Assembly (NCBI GenBank): GCA_965603825.1
Contig: CBFDEM010000045.1
Coordinates: 372,001 to 436,000, forward strand
Length of the DNA stretch: 64,000 nt
Direction of reading: 5' to 3'
Source of the DNA: Blepharisma stoltei ATCC 30299
Taxonomy: Eukaryota; Protista; Ciliophora
The notes under the pieces were generated by a model. The model had not been told where the DNA came from and ran no database searches. It was given only the letters and a program-made list of their open reading frames with translations. Shown here in pieces: positions 34,710-46,090 of this stretch. Made by a program: the position numbers and the translations under genes. Positions within the stretch are counted from its first letter, which is position 1. Each line of letters opens with the position of its first letter.

Positions 34710-36269
34710 ATGCAGTCTACTAATTCAAAAACCAAAGTTTCCACCTTAAATCGTAAATATTCAGATAAGTGCAACAAAGCCCTTCACCGTGAAATTTCAA
34801 GCCCTCTAAACCTCTCCATTCCAAAATCCTCATCAAAGCGTCCTTCTACTGCTTCAGAAAGTCCTGCAACTGCAAATGTAATTGACCTCATCCGCAAACT
34901 AAATTCTCAGCCTGCATCCTCTGAAAGTGACCTAAAAACCATGACATCCGGAGAATACCGGCAATTTCTTTACACCCAGTCCAAAAATATTATTAATTCA
35001 TCCAAAAATTCCACATCTCAGGTCCCAATTAGAAGAGCAAGCTTAGCAAGGACAACACCTCCTACAACCCTTATGAAGCATGAAGAAAGAAACATAACAA
35101 GGCATAATACCCTACTTCCCAGTGGAAAGCCACCATCAGGACGAAAACCTCTAAAAGAAGAGCATAAAGTAGAACTACCAGCAAAATCCCCTTTAGGCAT
35201 AAAAAATATTTCTGCAATTTTACATGGAAAAGAAAGCAATTTGTCGCCTGAAAAGGAAAAACATAAAGGGAAAATCGAGGATTATAAAGTTGATAAACAA
35301 ATTGGGCAAGGCGCTTATGCAATTGTAAGACATGCTACTCATATCGCGACAAGTAAAAAAGTTGCTTTTAAGACTTATGAGAAAATCAAACTATTAGATC
35401 CCAATAGAAAGAAAAACGTAATGAGAGAAATCGACATATTAGGGATGCTGGATCATAAAAACATCGTAAAATTGTATGAAACCATTGACACTGCAAGACA
35501 GCTACATATTGTTATGGAATATATATCTGGCTGCTCACTGCATGGGTATCTTAAGAGAAAACCTAATAGAAGGATTGAAGAAAATGACGCAAAAAGAATA
35601 GTAAAACAAATTTTATGTGCAATGGAATACTGCCATGCGAAAAATGTTACACATAGAGATTTAAAGCTGGAAAATTTGCTTTTGGATGAAAAAAATGATG
35701 TTAAAATTATTGATTTTGGCTTTGCAACTTGCTTTTCAAGTGAAAAGAAAGTCAAAATTTTCTGCGGAACTCCTAGCTATATGGCGCCAGAAATAGTTGC
35801 TAGGAAAGAGTATGCTGGGCCTCCTGTTGATGTGTGGGCTATCGGCGTCTTGATTTTTGTGCTCTTGTGTGGGCATTACCCGTTTAAAGGAAATGGAGAC
35901 AAAGAACTTTATAGGAAAATCCAACAAGGCTATTTTATGATTCCCCAACATGTGTCATTATCTGCTAAAAGCTTGATTTCCCGAATTCTTAAAGTTGACC
36001 CCACAAAAAGGCCAAAAGTCAGCGAAATTTTGCAAGATCCTTGATTTTCCTCACCTTCAAATTTCACAGTCTCAACTGAAGATTCTCTACTTGCCACAAC
36101 CAACAACCACGCCTGTTCCATTAACGGTGATACTTTAGACTTTGATGTAACCTGCAGCATTGTAATTTCTATTTAGAAAAAGCTTGAATACTCCCAATCG
36201 CCTTCCCATACCCTTCCACACAAAGAAATTCACAAATTTCTGGTCAGTTTCCCTCAGTCTCATAACTAA
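34710..36269 (+). CDS. MARK/AMPK-related CAMK-group kinase with long disordered N-terminus; one 15-nt intron
   Basis: IGQGAYA, HRDLKLEN, DFG, FCGTPSYMAPE, YAGPPVDVW and DPW(TGA 36042). Tail continues through intron 36162-36176 to TAA 36267-36269. Confidence 0.9.
36162..36176 (+). other. 15-nt intron GTAATTTCTATTTAG
   Basis: Matches the consensus of the other introns. If unspliced, the gene ends at its TAG. Confidence 0.75.
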
Positions 36270-36350
36270 TCCTCTTATCTGTACATATGTAAATTCCTAA
36301 TTTCCTTTTGACATAAAATTCATTATAAACCTCTGTCCATATTTTAAAGG

Positions 36351-36803
36351 ATGGTCATCAACACAGAGACATGCTCGTTCAGCGAAATGAAAGTTTGGCC
36401 AGGACGTGGAAGCCGCTTCGTAACAAAGGACGGAAAGATCCATATGTTCATTGGCTCCAAAGTGAGGTGCCTTTTCCATCAAAGAGTCAAGCCAGTCAAG
36501 CTCACATGGACACAGACCTGGAGACGTGAAAATAAGAAAGGAAGAGTCGAAACTATCAAGAAGCGCAGAGTCCGTAAGGTTGGAAAGATCCAAAAAGCTT
36601 ACGTCGGAGCCACTTTAGATGATATTAAGAGGACCAGGGAAGAAAAACCAGAATTAAGACAGGCGAAAAGAGAACAGGCTATTAGAGAAATTAAAGAAAG
36701 ACAAAAGAAACAGCAAGCACAGCACCAGAAGTTCGAAAAACAGCCTAAGCAAGCTGCACCTAAGGTGATCAAGACAAAGGGTAAAAGAAAGGGACCTTCA
36801 TAA
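36351..36803 (+). CDS. RPL24: 60S ribosomal protein L24 (eL24)
   Basis: CSFSEMKVWPGRGSRFVTKDGK, KPVKLTWTQTWRRENKKG, VGATLDDI. Confidence 0.96.
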   Translation: MVINTETCSFSEMKVWPGRGSRFVTKDGKIHMFIGSKVRCLFHQRVKPVKLTWTQTWRRENKKGRVETIKKRRVRKVGKIQKAYVGATLDDIKRTREEKPELRQAKREQAIREIKERQKKQQAQHQKFEKQPKQAAPKVIKTKGKRKGPS

Positions 36804-37390
36804 GTAACTTATTTTCACCTTAAAATGAATAAATTAATAAGAAAGGATTAGAGGGGAAGGTAAAGAATAAGTAAACTGGTAAAAACAAAAATATTCAATA
36901 ATTTTATATATGAGGTAGAAATCCATGGGAAATTAAAGTTTGACATTTAAGGAAATATCCCAACAATTAATATTAAAATCCTGAAAAAATCAAAGTTCAA
37001 ATAGTTTGGCTCTTGAAAACATTGAAATTTATTCTAAAATTAATCATATTTATAGTGACTGTTTTTAATAGATTTTTAAAAGGAATTAGTATCATAAGCC
37101 TAATATATTTAGTTTATTTAAGTTTTATAAATATTACCCATTTGGACCATTTTTGCATACTATAATTTTTGAAAAGAAGAAATGTCTAAATTTAGCCTTT
37201 TGATAATTGAAGCTTTAAGAATTTTATTAGATAAATAAAACATATATGTGATACGTCTATTTATTTTTCATATAATATCCTAATTTTGGGACTGCAATTA
37301 TTTAAATTAATTGCAAGAAAAAATACCTTTTAGCATACATTTTACACAGAATTCAATTTAAATTTTGACTTATTAAAAAATACTGATTAT

Positions 37391-38794
37391 TTAATAATCA
37401 TCACCTCTGCTAAGAACCTCTTTACAAGTAGGTCTGATTATAAAAGTATGCTCCATTTGAGATACATAACTTCCATGAATATCACAAAGTGGAGGATATG
37501 GGTTGACGATCCCAGCATTAATAAGATTTTTTAATGGCAAAATATGTTTTGTTTCTCCATCACGCTGCAACTGACGTCTACTCCATGGTAAAGTCCCATA
37601 TTTCTTTTCAATATGTCTTAGCAATGCTCTAGCTTTATTATCTCGAAGTGGCACAGGCTTCCCAAACATATCAAAATCAATAGCATGGTGAGAGTTTTCT
37701 AAATCATCATGAACCAAGCCTTTCCCAGTGCTTCCAAACGTCTCAATTGCATATAGCTCTCCTTCTTCCATTTTGGTTTGGTCATTACTTTTTACTATTC
37801 TGATACTTTTTTTCCCATGAATGTGATATGGCTCAATGCTATGCCCATTAAGATTCCTAATTGCTTTAATGGGATATGTTTTTCCATCAAGCTCAATCTC
37901 ATAGCTTTCTAACGCTTCTTGTATAGCTTCCCCAATTTCTCCAAATCTTGCATCAACAGCTGCATGCTTGACACCTTCATTTGTGGCATCTTGAGTAGCA
38001 TGCACTAAATTGTCGAATTTTGGGTTAAAAGCTACAGTAAAAGCAGAGTCGATAATCCTTCCGCTTACATGGCACCCAATATCAATTTTGCAGACATCGT
38101 CATAGCCTAAGATAGCATGATCTCCAGGATTTGGAGTCCAATGAGCAGCTATATGATTTAAGTTGGCTCCAGTGGGAAATCCAACCCCAGCTATAGTTCC
38201 ATCCCCTTCCAATAGAATTCTTGAATAATTTTCTAGCTCTTCACAAAAATCATGAAGATCAATTCCAGGTTTTAGGACACTTTGAGCCCATCTTCTTACC
38301 TGCCTATGGGCTTCTGCAGCTTTTCTTAGGTTTTCATAGTCATAAGAGTGTAGCCTCTCTAATTCGCGCTTTTCTTCACTTGTGGTGCGATAAGCATTAT
38401 CACCTGAATATTCAGAAATTTCTCCAATAGGATATGTATTGTTAGGAAATTGTTGACTGATGGGAATAGAAGGTGGGTTAGTCTGGAGATAATTTGGATT
38501 GTCTGACCAATTTTTAAGAAGGCGAATGTGAGAATTGTCTTGAAAACGATTTACTGTGATAATAGCTGGTGCTGAAGGTTCTTTTGCAGGCTTTTTTCTG
38601 TTTCGTTTCTTCTTCTTTTTAGCTGGCTCTTTTGTTTCCTCAATATTTTGAATATTTGATTCTTCTGAGGATAAAGGTGAAGGTAGACTAGTTTCAAGAT
38701 TTGGAGAAATATTAAGAGAGACTTGCTCAGAAGAAGCTTCAATTTTAGTTTCTTCTGAAATTGCGGCAGGATTACCTTGGTTCTCACTTTCCAT
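37391..38794 (-). CDS. METAP2: Methionine aminopeptidase 2
   Basis: Poly-Lys N-terminus, [54 protein letters not shown]-terminal SRGDDY. Confidence 0.96.
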   Translation of the reverse strand: MESENQGNPAAISEETKIEASSEQVSLNISPNLETSLPSPLSSEESNIQNIEETKEPAKKKKKRNRKKPAKEPSAPAIITVNRFQDNSHIRLLKNWSDNPNYLQTNPPSIPISQQFPNNTYPIGEISEYSGDNAYRTTSEEKRELERLHSYDYENLRKAAEAHRQVRRWAQSVLKPGIDLHDFCEELENYSRILLEGDGTIAGVGFPTGANLNHIAAHWTPNPGDHAILGYDDVCKIDIGCHVSGRIIDSAFTVAFNPKFDNLVHATQDATNEGVKHAAVDARFGEIGEAIQEALESYEIELDGKTYPIKAIRNLNGHSIEPYHIHGKKSIRIVKSNDQTKMEEGELYAIETFGSTGKGLVHDDLENSHHAIDFDMFGKPVPLRDNKARALLRHIEKKYGTLPWSRRQLQRDGETKHILPLKNLINAGIVNPYPPLCDIHGSYVSQMEHTFIIRPTCKEVLSRGDDY

Positions 38795-38977
38795 TTTGTT
38801 AGCCAGAACGTTTAGATACCAATGGTATATCACAGTGATTTTATAAATAAAATTATTATTAAAATTATCATTTTTGTCTGATTTTTAATTAAATTTTTTT
38901 CGAAAATATTCGTAAACTATTCCAAGAGATTTAGGAATTTAAAAATATAAAAAAACTTACTAGAAGCATCATTCAGT

Positions 38978-39307
38978 TTAATTATCAGATTTAAATTTTT
39001 TCAAAGTCCCTAAATTTATTTTTTCTTCAAGTTCATGTATTCCACCGATATAATGCCCTTCTAAAAAGACATAAGGGAAGTCTTCTTTATTTGTATAATT
39101 TTTCAGCTCTTCTTTTAATTTACTTGTCCTCTTATTAACTTCTATTACCTTAAAATTTACACCTTCAGAATATAATTTCATTTTGGCACCTAGAGAAGTT
39201 GAGCATCCTGTTTTACTGAAAATCACGACGCTATTGTTTGATATTTCTTTTGCAATCGAAAAGTCACTGACTGTGCTCTCAGGTGCTGCACAGCAATATG
39301 CACCCAT
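38978..39307 (-). CDS. Glutaredoxin-like protein with N-terminal MGxxCC acylation signal
   Basis: VVIFSKTGCSTS, cis-Pro motif FPYVF, YIGG. Confidence 0.85.
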   Translation of the reverse strand: MGAYCCAAPESTVSDFSIAKEISNNSVVIFSKTGCSTSLGAKMKLYSEGVNFKVIEVNKRTSKLKEELKNYTNKEDFPYVFLEGHYIGGIHELEEKINLGTLKKFKSDN

Positions 39308-39459
39308 TTTACAAATTTATTATTTATTGTCTTCATGCCTTATTCAATAATAAATTATTTTAAATAACCAAATTTATTTAAAAATTAATTTTAATCGATT
39401 TTTAAATATTATGGTACTAAAAAATAATTTTAATGCAAAATAATAAAAATATAATAAAT

Positions 39460-40536
39460 ATGTTTAATTATAAAAACATCTATTTATTGTTTTCAAGCAT
39501 TATTTTTTCTACTTATGGATTTGCATTATTTGATGAAATTGAGCTAACATGAACATTTCCAACTGATGAGCAAATTTCATTTAAACTTTCAGTTCCTTTA
39601 AGCATTTTAGAAGAGGATGAATATAATTGAGCATTTATCGGTTTTAAACCAACAGTTTTAAACCCTATGGCCAATGGAACTGATATTGTGCTGGTGAATT
39701 TCACTGCTAATACAATTGAAGATCGAATAAGTGAGATGCACTTTCCTTTATTAGATAAAGATCTTGGTGGGGCAGATGACTTAATTCTAAAGTCAATAGA
39801 AATAGATGGAGATAGCAAAAGCTACCTGTGGAGTCGAGGATTTACATCCTTAGATTTAAGAGATGTTAATTTTATTGCTGGAAAACAGTATAATTTAATT
39901 TGGGCTTGTGGAGGTTATTACCAAAATTCGAAACCTAAAATTATTAAATCTGGAAATACAATTCTATCAATTAATAATGGAAGAAGACTAAGAAGAAAAT
40001 TACAACAAAAATGATCTGCCCAGATCTTCTTTAAAATCAGACATTGGATATGATAGTGATAAAAATCAAAATATAAATAGATTTCTTGCAAAAAATGAAA
40101 AATTAAGCTCATCTGGCTATCATAGAAATATCCGCAGACTTCAAGAACAGCAACCACTATGAAATGGTACATTTCCTCCACCCCAAAATAATGAAAACAA
40201 CACTAATCCTTCCTCTCCTTACCATAACGGAAATGGCACATCTCAAAATAATGGAAATGGCTCATCTCAAAATCAAAATTTCTCCGAGCCATCCAGTCAA
40301 AATACTACTGGTAATGATCCTTATCAAAATTTTCCTCAAAATAATACAAGTCAGAATGGCTCAAATGACCAAATCAAAACAATACTACTTCAACCAATTC
40401 ATCCTCATCGTCAAACTCAACTAGTGGAAGCCAAAATAATGAAACAGGCAATAATAGCACGTGAAAATTGAATCCTCTCTTAGATGATTCAATTTACATT
40501 TACATTTCGCTGGTCTATTTATCTCTATTTTTATAG
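39460..40536 (+). pseudogene. Signal peptide + DOMON-like domain + Asn/Ser/Gln-rich stalk + hydrophobic tail, with two opposite 1-nt frameshifts
   Basis: ELTW(TGA)..YNW(TGA)AFIGF..MANGTDIV..IEDR..WSR..YNLIWACG. The reading shifts frame near A-run 40007-40011 and shifts back near 40371-40373, ending ...SIYIYISLVYLSLFL-TAG. Confidence 0.65.
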
Positions 40537-41229
40537 ACCAAAAATAGTATTAACCATTTGATTAGTTATTATTAAAGTCATCTTAAAAACAATTTAAAAG
40601 ATTTATTAGTATCATTTATTAGGGCTCAATAGAAGCATTTTAGCTAAAATAGCATTGGCTCGCTTCTTCATCTGTTTATCGATCATCTTTCTAAGAATCG
40701 TTTTTGCCTTATAGCTAATATAAAATGGTCCTCTCAGAGTGCACGTGAAAAATTATTCAAGAGAAGGAGATCTGGCTTTTTAATATAAATTTTCTTCGTT
40801 CTGTATGTGATAAATTAAAAATGGTCCTACCAATTTATCTTTCATTCCATATCAATGATCTCTATTATTACAATGCTAGATTTGATAATAAAATTTCATT
40901 TAAGATCGGAGAAGCAATCATCCCAGCGTACACGTGATTTTGCTACAAAATTTATTGTTGATTTAATCAAATGATTTAAGTAGCAGTGTGGTATATAGAG
41001 CCACAGCATTTCAATTTTTAAAATTATTCGATAATTGAATGCTTTTTTTAAACGACCTTGAAATTCTTTGTAAGGATTAATCTGCATTATCAATTTGACT
41101 CAGATTATTATCTAAATTGATTAATTACTGCATTAAAATGAATTTAATACTTCAATTGCTGCTGTTCTCAATAAATTGATCTAATTAAAGCAAAAAATTT
41201 GAATAGCAAATATATGCTTATTGATTAAA

Positions 41230-41451
41230 TTAATTATTGCCGGATTTAGATTCGCAAGTGTATTCTTTTAAAAGGCTGTCGGGATCTGTATCTTCTAGCC
41301 CTAAAGCTTCTGCTCATTCGGAGAGAATGTTAGTATTCTCGACTGATGCATCAGTTGCTAAAGTTGAGCAATTAATTAGTTCTAAGTCTATGCTCTGTAT
41401 TCTATTTCACGTATCAGCAGTGTCGAGTATTGATTTATTGTCGTTCTGCAT
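41230..41451 (-). CDS. Small acidic hypothetical ORF (73 aa, two TGA=Trp)
   Basis: MQNDNKSILDTADTWNRIQSIDLELINCSTLATDASVENTNILSEWAEALGLEDTDPDSLLKEYTCESKSGNN. No homology recognised. Confidence 0.4.
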
Positions 41452-41648
41452 GTCCAAAAATCTAACTTATGGAATTAATTTTTATTAAACAGCAATGTCT
41501 TCAGTAATAAGAGTCAAGCAAGAAATGTATAAATAAATATTACGCCAAAGCAATATATAGTTGAACCAAAATTTTTATTTTCCTATGTCTAATTATTACT
41601 TCTAAATATTAGAAAATAAGTTCTTCTATAGCTATATTTGAATATTGA

Positions 41649-41959
41649 TTAGTATGGGTAACTAGCTGTACTTGAAAGCTAGTATTGGGTTCAATCTCAA
41701 GTTGGCGAGAAAACGAAATTAGCAAATCTTATAGCTCACGCCAATTAATAATCAGGTATATCGTGCCCTCAGCTTGCATCTTCCCTGCTGCTTAATCACT
41801 TTCATCTGGTGAGCTAATCCCAAGATACACAACAGATATAGGATGAATCTCTGTCAACTTTAATACGGCGCTCTCTGAAGGCGACGAATCATACCTGTAA
41901 GTTGCACAGCAGAAAGCTTAATGATTGCTAAAACATGCCTAGCTATACAGCTATACTAA
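41649..41959. ncRNA. Candidate structured non-coding RNA or fold-back element of unassigned class (~310 nt)
   Basis: About ten mutually nested complementary segment pairs in a G+C-enriched island with no sizeable ORF (coordinates in findings). Confidence 0.55.
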
Positions 41960-42413
41960 ATTTAAGGTAATAAAATTTCTGTCAAATTGTAAGTTAAACG
42001 CGAATTTATTTCTTTAGAAAACTTTATTTTTGTTGTATTAAAATAAAGTTTCAAGCATTTAATAAAGACTTTTGCGCTTAATGTAATTATTCAATATAAT
42101 TGATTTAGTTATTATTGAAGCATTCTTGTTATTATAACTAGCCCAAGCTGAATACGATGTTCTAAACTTCAAGAATTTTAACATTGCATTATAACAGGAA
42201 TCAAATAATTTTTAAGGTGAAATAAATTTTATTAATCAATAATATTATTATGAAATTCTTATCAAAATTAATTTTTCTTATTGCTACTACAACGAATAAA
42301 AATAAACTTATAATTTAATTTAATAGCAAGTAAGTATTTATTCAATTATCATCATAAATATAACCTTTTGCAGTTATAAAATCCCAATTTTCAGCCATAA
42401 AATAATATATTAT

Positions 42414-43622
42414 TTATTCAATAAAAACAACCCTTCTTGTTCTTCTTCCTTTCAAGTCCAATTTATAAATAAAATAATCTTCAAATATCATCGAAGCAGT
42501 ATCATCCACAATAGTAATATAGCTAATCAGCCCATTCGTAGGGATCATAAGATTTGCTATTAGGACTGTCCAGTTATAAGGGTCATTCGCACAGCTTTCG
42601 TAAACTTCTTTATCAGTAATAGCTATATAAGCTCTCTCGTTATGACTAAACAAAATTTTATTTTTGTGTCTAAATTTATAAGTATCAAAACTCAATAAAC
42701 TTGAATGGGAATCAGTTAAATGGTCGTATAAAAATAAATCAATGTCATTTCCAGAGTATAAAATCTTACGAGAAAACACTGTGCAGCTGTGCCAATATCC
42801 AGGATTTTCAGTAGGTGTTAATTTCGTTCAGTATTTATTGGATAAGTCATATTTTTCACAATATATTTTTGTTCCTGTGATACTATCCCAGGCACCGATT
42901 ATATAAACGCAGCCATCCAAATATACAGACCCAGCTCCAAAGGAAGGCGTCCCTGACTTGATAATTTTCATATTATTTGAGCTGTCCAATATAAAAGTAA
43001 GCCCAGGATAAAACCAATTAATACAGTTTTCGAAACAAAAAACGCTTTTATTAGGCAAAAGGCAAGTATTTATACCATAATACATGTTTTCTGGAAGATT
43101 TAGCGGTTTTTGTGAAGTCTTTAGACTAATCGAGTTAGTTATCATCAGTGATTTGGGAAATCTGATATCAAAATATCTAAAAGTGCTGACAACTTCAGCA
43201 ATTTCATGCTTTATAGAGTCAGATAATGTAAAAATATTTCTAATTGATGGCTCATTTAAAACTTCGGCCTCTCCTTCAAGTTTTGGGGGCTTTTTTTCGT
43301 CTAAGATATGGAAATATTTGCTAGTCATTTGATCAAGGCAGTCTAAATTTTTTTCTAATATTTTGAGTGTTTCTGATACTTTTTCGTAGGTATGCTTTAG
43401 TAAATTTGATTTTTGGTAAGCGAGGATGCTGATTTTACTTTTTATTTCAGCTTCTTCTTCGCTGGGAGGTTGAGGCCCAGAATTTTTGAAGAATTCTTCT
43501 AAAATGTGACAAATAGATGGATTTTGAGCTATGTGGTAAAATATGTGGTTTAGGCACATAAAATTGCTTTGAGAAGCACAAAAACAAGAACACTCAGCTT
43601 TTCGTATGCAATCAGGAAACAT
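42414..43622 (-). CDS. Cys/His zinc-finger-like N-terminus + coiled coil + Kelch-like repeats (~402 aa)
   Basis: ORFs 42828..43622 and 42414..42779 share a frame across TGA. Kelch repeat GSVYLDGCVYIIGAWD...CEKYDLSNKYW(TGA)TKL; N-terminal C..C.C.C...C..H..H...C H. Confidence 0.8.
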
Positions 43623-43710
43623 ACAACATAAAAGTTATTGTAAGCTTAGTGTATAAAAAATTGTTAAAATAAAATTTTCTCCTTATTTAAAAAGTCAGTA
43701 ATTAAGATTT
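43391..43710. repeat. Direct segmental duplication, copy 1 (~320 bp)
   Basis: Matches 45859-46179 apart from two substitutions and a 1-nt A-run difference that I could see. Confidence 0.95.
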
Positions 43711-43746
43711 AATTTTAATTAGTTAAAAAGCCTAATAAATAGGGGT

Positions 43747-44620
43747 TTACAATGATTCATCAACAAATTTGACGAATTTTCCTGTATAAGGACTGTAGAT
43801 TAGCTTATAAAACTTGGTTAAAGAAGGATAGCCAAGCTTATTAAGCCCAATAATGCAATCGTCGGATATGAAATTAAGGGCATTAGAATTTCCTTTAAAA
43901 GTTTTCCAAAAGAGGACACTATTGCGCTCACACAGCTTGAAAATTGCTTTTTAACAGCAAAAGATAGAGCATTTTCACCGAAATTGGTATTGAATAGTGA
44001 GCCTCCGCCTTCAAGAGATAATTTGAACTGATTTGGATGGTTGAAGTAAGAATAAAGATGAAGAGTATTGATTCTATATGGCATTATAATTCATTGATCG
44101 TTCTATGGTTTATACTATTTTCCCTTATTATTTATGAGGTCCATCACATATTTCATATAAGAAAACTCACTGCCAGGCCCGGCAGCAACTCCAGTGTCAG
44201 TTGCAAATGAATTTTTCTTAATAAACAAATTATCAGTATTATTCTTCATTTTTTCATCTTTTTCTTCCTTTTTATTTATAGTATAGGCTAAGTATTTTTC
44301 ATCAGCTGTTAGTTGAAAATATATTATCTCCTGTTTAATGTCATAATGAAACAGCTGATTGTATGCAATGAGGCTCCAAAATGAGATTTTGCCTTCTTTA
44401 GTAAAAGCAATCATATTTTTCTGGTCTTTTACAATCCAAATTTTATAGGTTGTTTCTCCAGAATTAAATGTGGCTAGTAATATTTTTGATCTCCAATTAT
44501 ATACGAATATCGAGCCAGATTTAATGCCAATCACCACATCTTCTTCATTTTGAAAAGTGCCTAAACTTACTACTTGTTGGCCTTTTTCTCCTTTAAGAAG
44601 TCTAAGTGCTAAAGTATTGA
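43747..44620 (-). pseudogene. Internal fragment of a WD40-repeat/TRP-like channel gene
   Basis: WD40-like repeats (VVIGIKSGSIFVYNW, AFTKEGKISFWSL, LTADEKYLAY) and linker WIIMPYRINTLHLYSYFN..GENALSFAV. Has two in-frame TAG (44115, 44103), a frameshift near 43890 and no proper start. Confidence 0.7.
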
Positions 44621-45061
44621 TTTTAATAAAAATGAATTAAATATTTTTGATTAATTTTTAAAATTATTAATAGAATGTCTCTGAAAATTTTTGTTTTTTA
44701 AATAATTAGGATTTAGAGAATGCAACGTTAAATGCAGCTTAAAAATTACTTTTCTTTAAAGCATAGAGTATTCTACATGAAATTTAAATTTAAAAATTTA
44801 ATTTTTATATGGGTTGTGTTATAGTTCATTTTTCTACACCTTCAATCGAATTGTTTTAATATATATTTTAGTTTTTACGTTTAAATGAAACTAATCTTTA
44901 GTTAAGTTTAATGTTACTTTTTTGCTGACATCTACAATATCCTCTTCAATGTTTATTTAATTTCAAGTCTACTGCTGAAGCAGCTGCAATAAAATCCAGG
45001 CAATTCAACAAAACTTGCCATTTCAAATGAAAATTTAAGGGATAAATGTTTAGCTTAAAGC

Positions 45062-46090
45062 TTAATCTTCTTCTCCACTTTCTTCTCCGCTTTCTTCACC
45101 GCTTTTTTCACCGCTTTTTTCACCACTTTCATTACTAGATGGCTTTTTAACTTCTTCTTCATTCTTGTCTCTATTCCATATCTTCTTCAACATTTCTCCA
45201 TGGCTCTTCATTATTTTTAGCATCTGCAAGTGGTTTCTTTTTATATTTTTCTTGATAATTGTGACTCTGGTGCTAATATTTTTTTCTGTTTCTTCAGATT
45301 CTTCACCTTTAAGTACTTGGAAATAAGATCTTTCAGAGCACTTTTTCTTCCAAAACATCAATGTTTCTATTTCATAGATCATCCCTAGTAATTCTTTTCT
45401 ATCTGCAATTTCGGCGTTTTCTTGGACTTTTCCAAAAGTGTCGCCCATAATTGAGATCAAGAGGTTTAGCATGATAATCATATTGATCATAGTAGCTAAG
45501 AACAAGCACACCCATTGCATTGACGAAAAGCCAGTAGAATCAAAATCACCAAGGTCTAGCCTATATGAGATTTTAATATAATCAATTAATTTAGGATCGT
45601 CTTTATCCATGACTAAGAAAATAAATGCAAAAGCCAGGGTGGAATAGAAAAGGAGGATAAAGAATGATGTGATGTCTTTTATTACTTGGGTAATCAGATT
45701 TACCATGTATCTTGTATTTTTAAAGATCCTGAAATAGGAGATGCCTCTCATCCAGGAAACTATTACAAGGCCTACTAAAATATCGTAGCTAAGATCAGAA
45801 TATGTGATAACTTGCCAGTACATAGCCCATTTAAGGCTTTCCCACTTATGATCTAATATATGCTTTAGTAAATTTGATTTTTGGTAAGCGAGGATGCTGA
45901 TTTTACTTTTTATTTCAGCTTCTTCTTCACTGGGAGGTTGAGGCCCAGAATTTTTGAAGAATTCTTCTAAAATGTGACAAATAGATGGATTTTGAGCTAT
46001 GTGGTAAAATATGTGGTTTAGGCACATAAAATTGCTTTGAGAAGCACAAAAACAAGAACACTCAGCTTTTCGTATGCAATCAGGAAACAT
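45062..46090 (-). CDS. Chimeric ORF: 77 aa duplicated from the Kelch gene N-terminus fused to the C-terminal S4-pore-S6 part of a TRP/polycystin-like channel
   Basis: First 77 aa identical to ORF 43622, then WMRGISYFRIFKNTRYMVNLITQVIKDITSFFILLF..YRLDLGDFD..IIMLNLLISIMGDTFGKVQE. Confidence 0.75.
   Translation of the reverse strand: MFPDCIRKAECSCFCASQSNFMCLNHIFYHIAQNPSICHILEEFFKNSGPQPPSEEEAEIKSKISILAYQKSNLLKHILDHKWESLKWAMYWQVITYSDLSYDILVGLVIVSWMRGISYFRIFKNTRYMVNLITQVIKDITSFFILLFYSTLAFAFIFLVMDKDDPKLIDYIKISYRLDLGDFDSTGFSSMQWVCLFLATMINMIIMLNLLISIMGDTFGKVQENAEIADRKELLGMIYEIETLMFWKKKCSERSYFQVLKGEESEETEKNISTRVTIIKKNIKRNHLQMLKIMKSHGEMLKKIWNRDKNEEEVKKPSSNESGEKSGEKSGEESGEESGEED
45065..45130 (-). repeat. 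12-bp coding tandem repeat (SGE[K/E]) x5
   Basis: ESGEKSGEKSGEESGEESGEED at the ORF C-terminus. Confidence 0.9.

Noticed and set aside
40459-40936. Three CACGTG (E-box-like) words and a repeated AAAATGGTCCT
   Set aside because: One CACGTG is inside coding sequence, there is no clear target gene, and the words are too short to support a regulatory call.
41649-41959. Assignment of the structured segment to SRP, RNase P/MRP, U3, U1/U2, telomerase RNA or a group I/II intron
   Set aside because: Only short partial motif resemblances were found. There is no complete SRP helix-8 motif, P4 consensus, box B/C pair, telomeric template or P7 pairing, so it is left unassigned.
44103-44117. Condylostoma-like TAA/TAG readthrough suggested by in-frame TAGs here, at 11486/11516 and by TAA at 56299
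   Set aside because: These occur only in fragments with other lesions or no homology. No conserved gene has an unspliced in-frame TAA/TAG.
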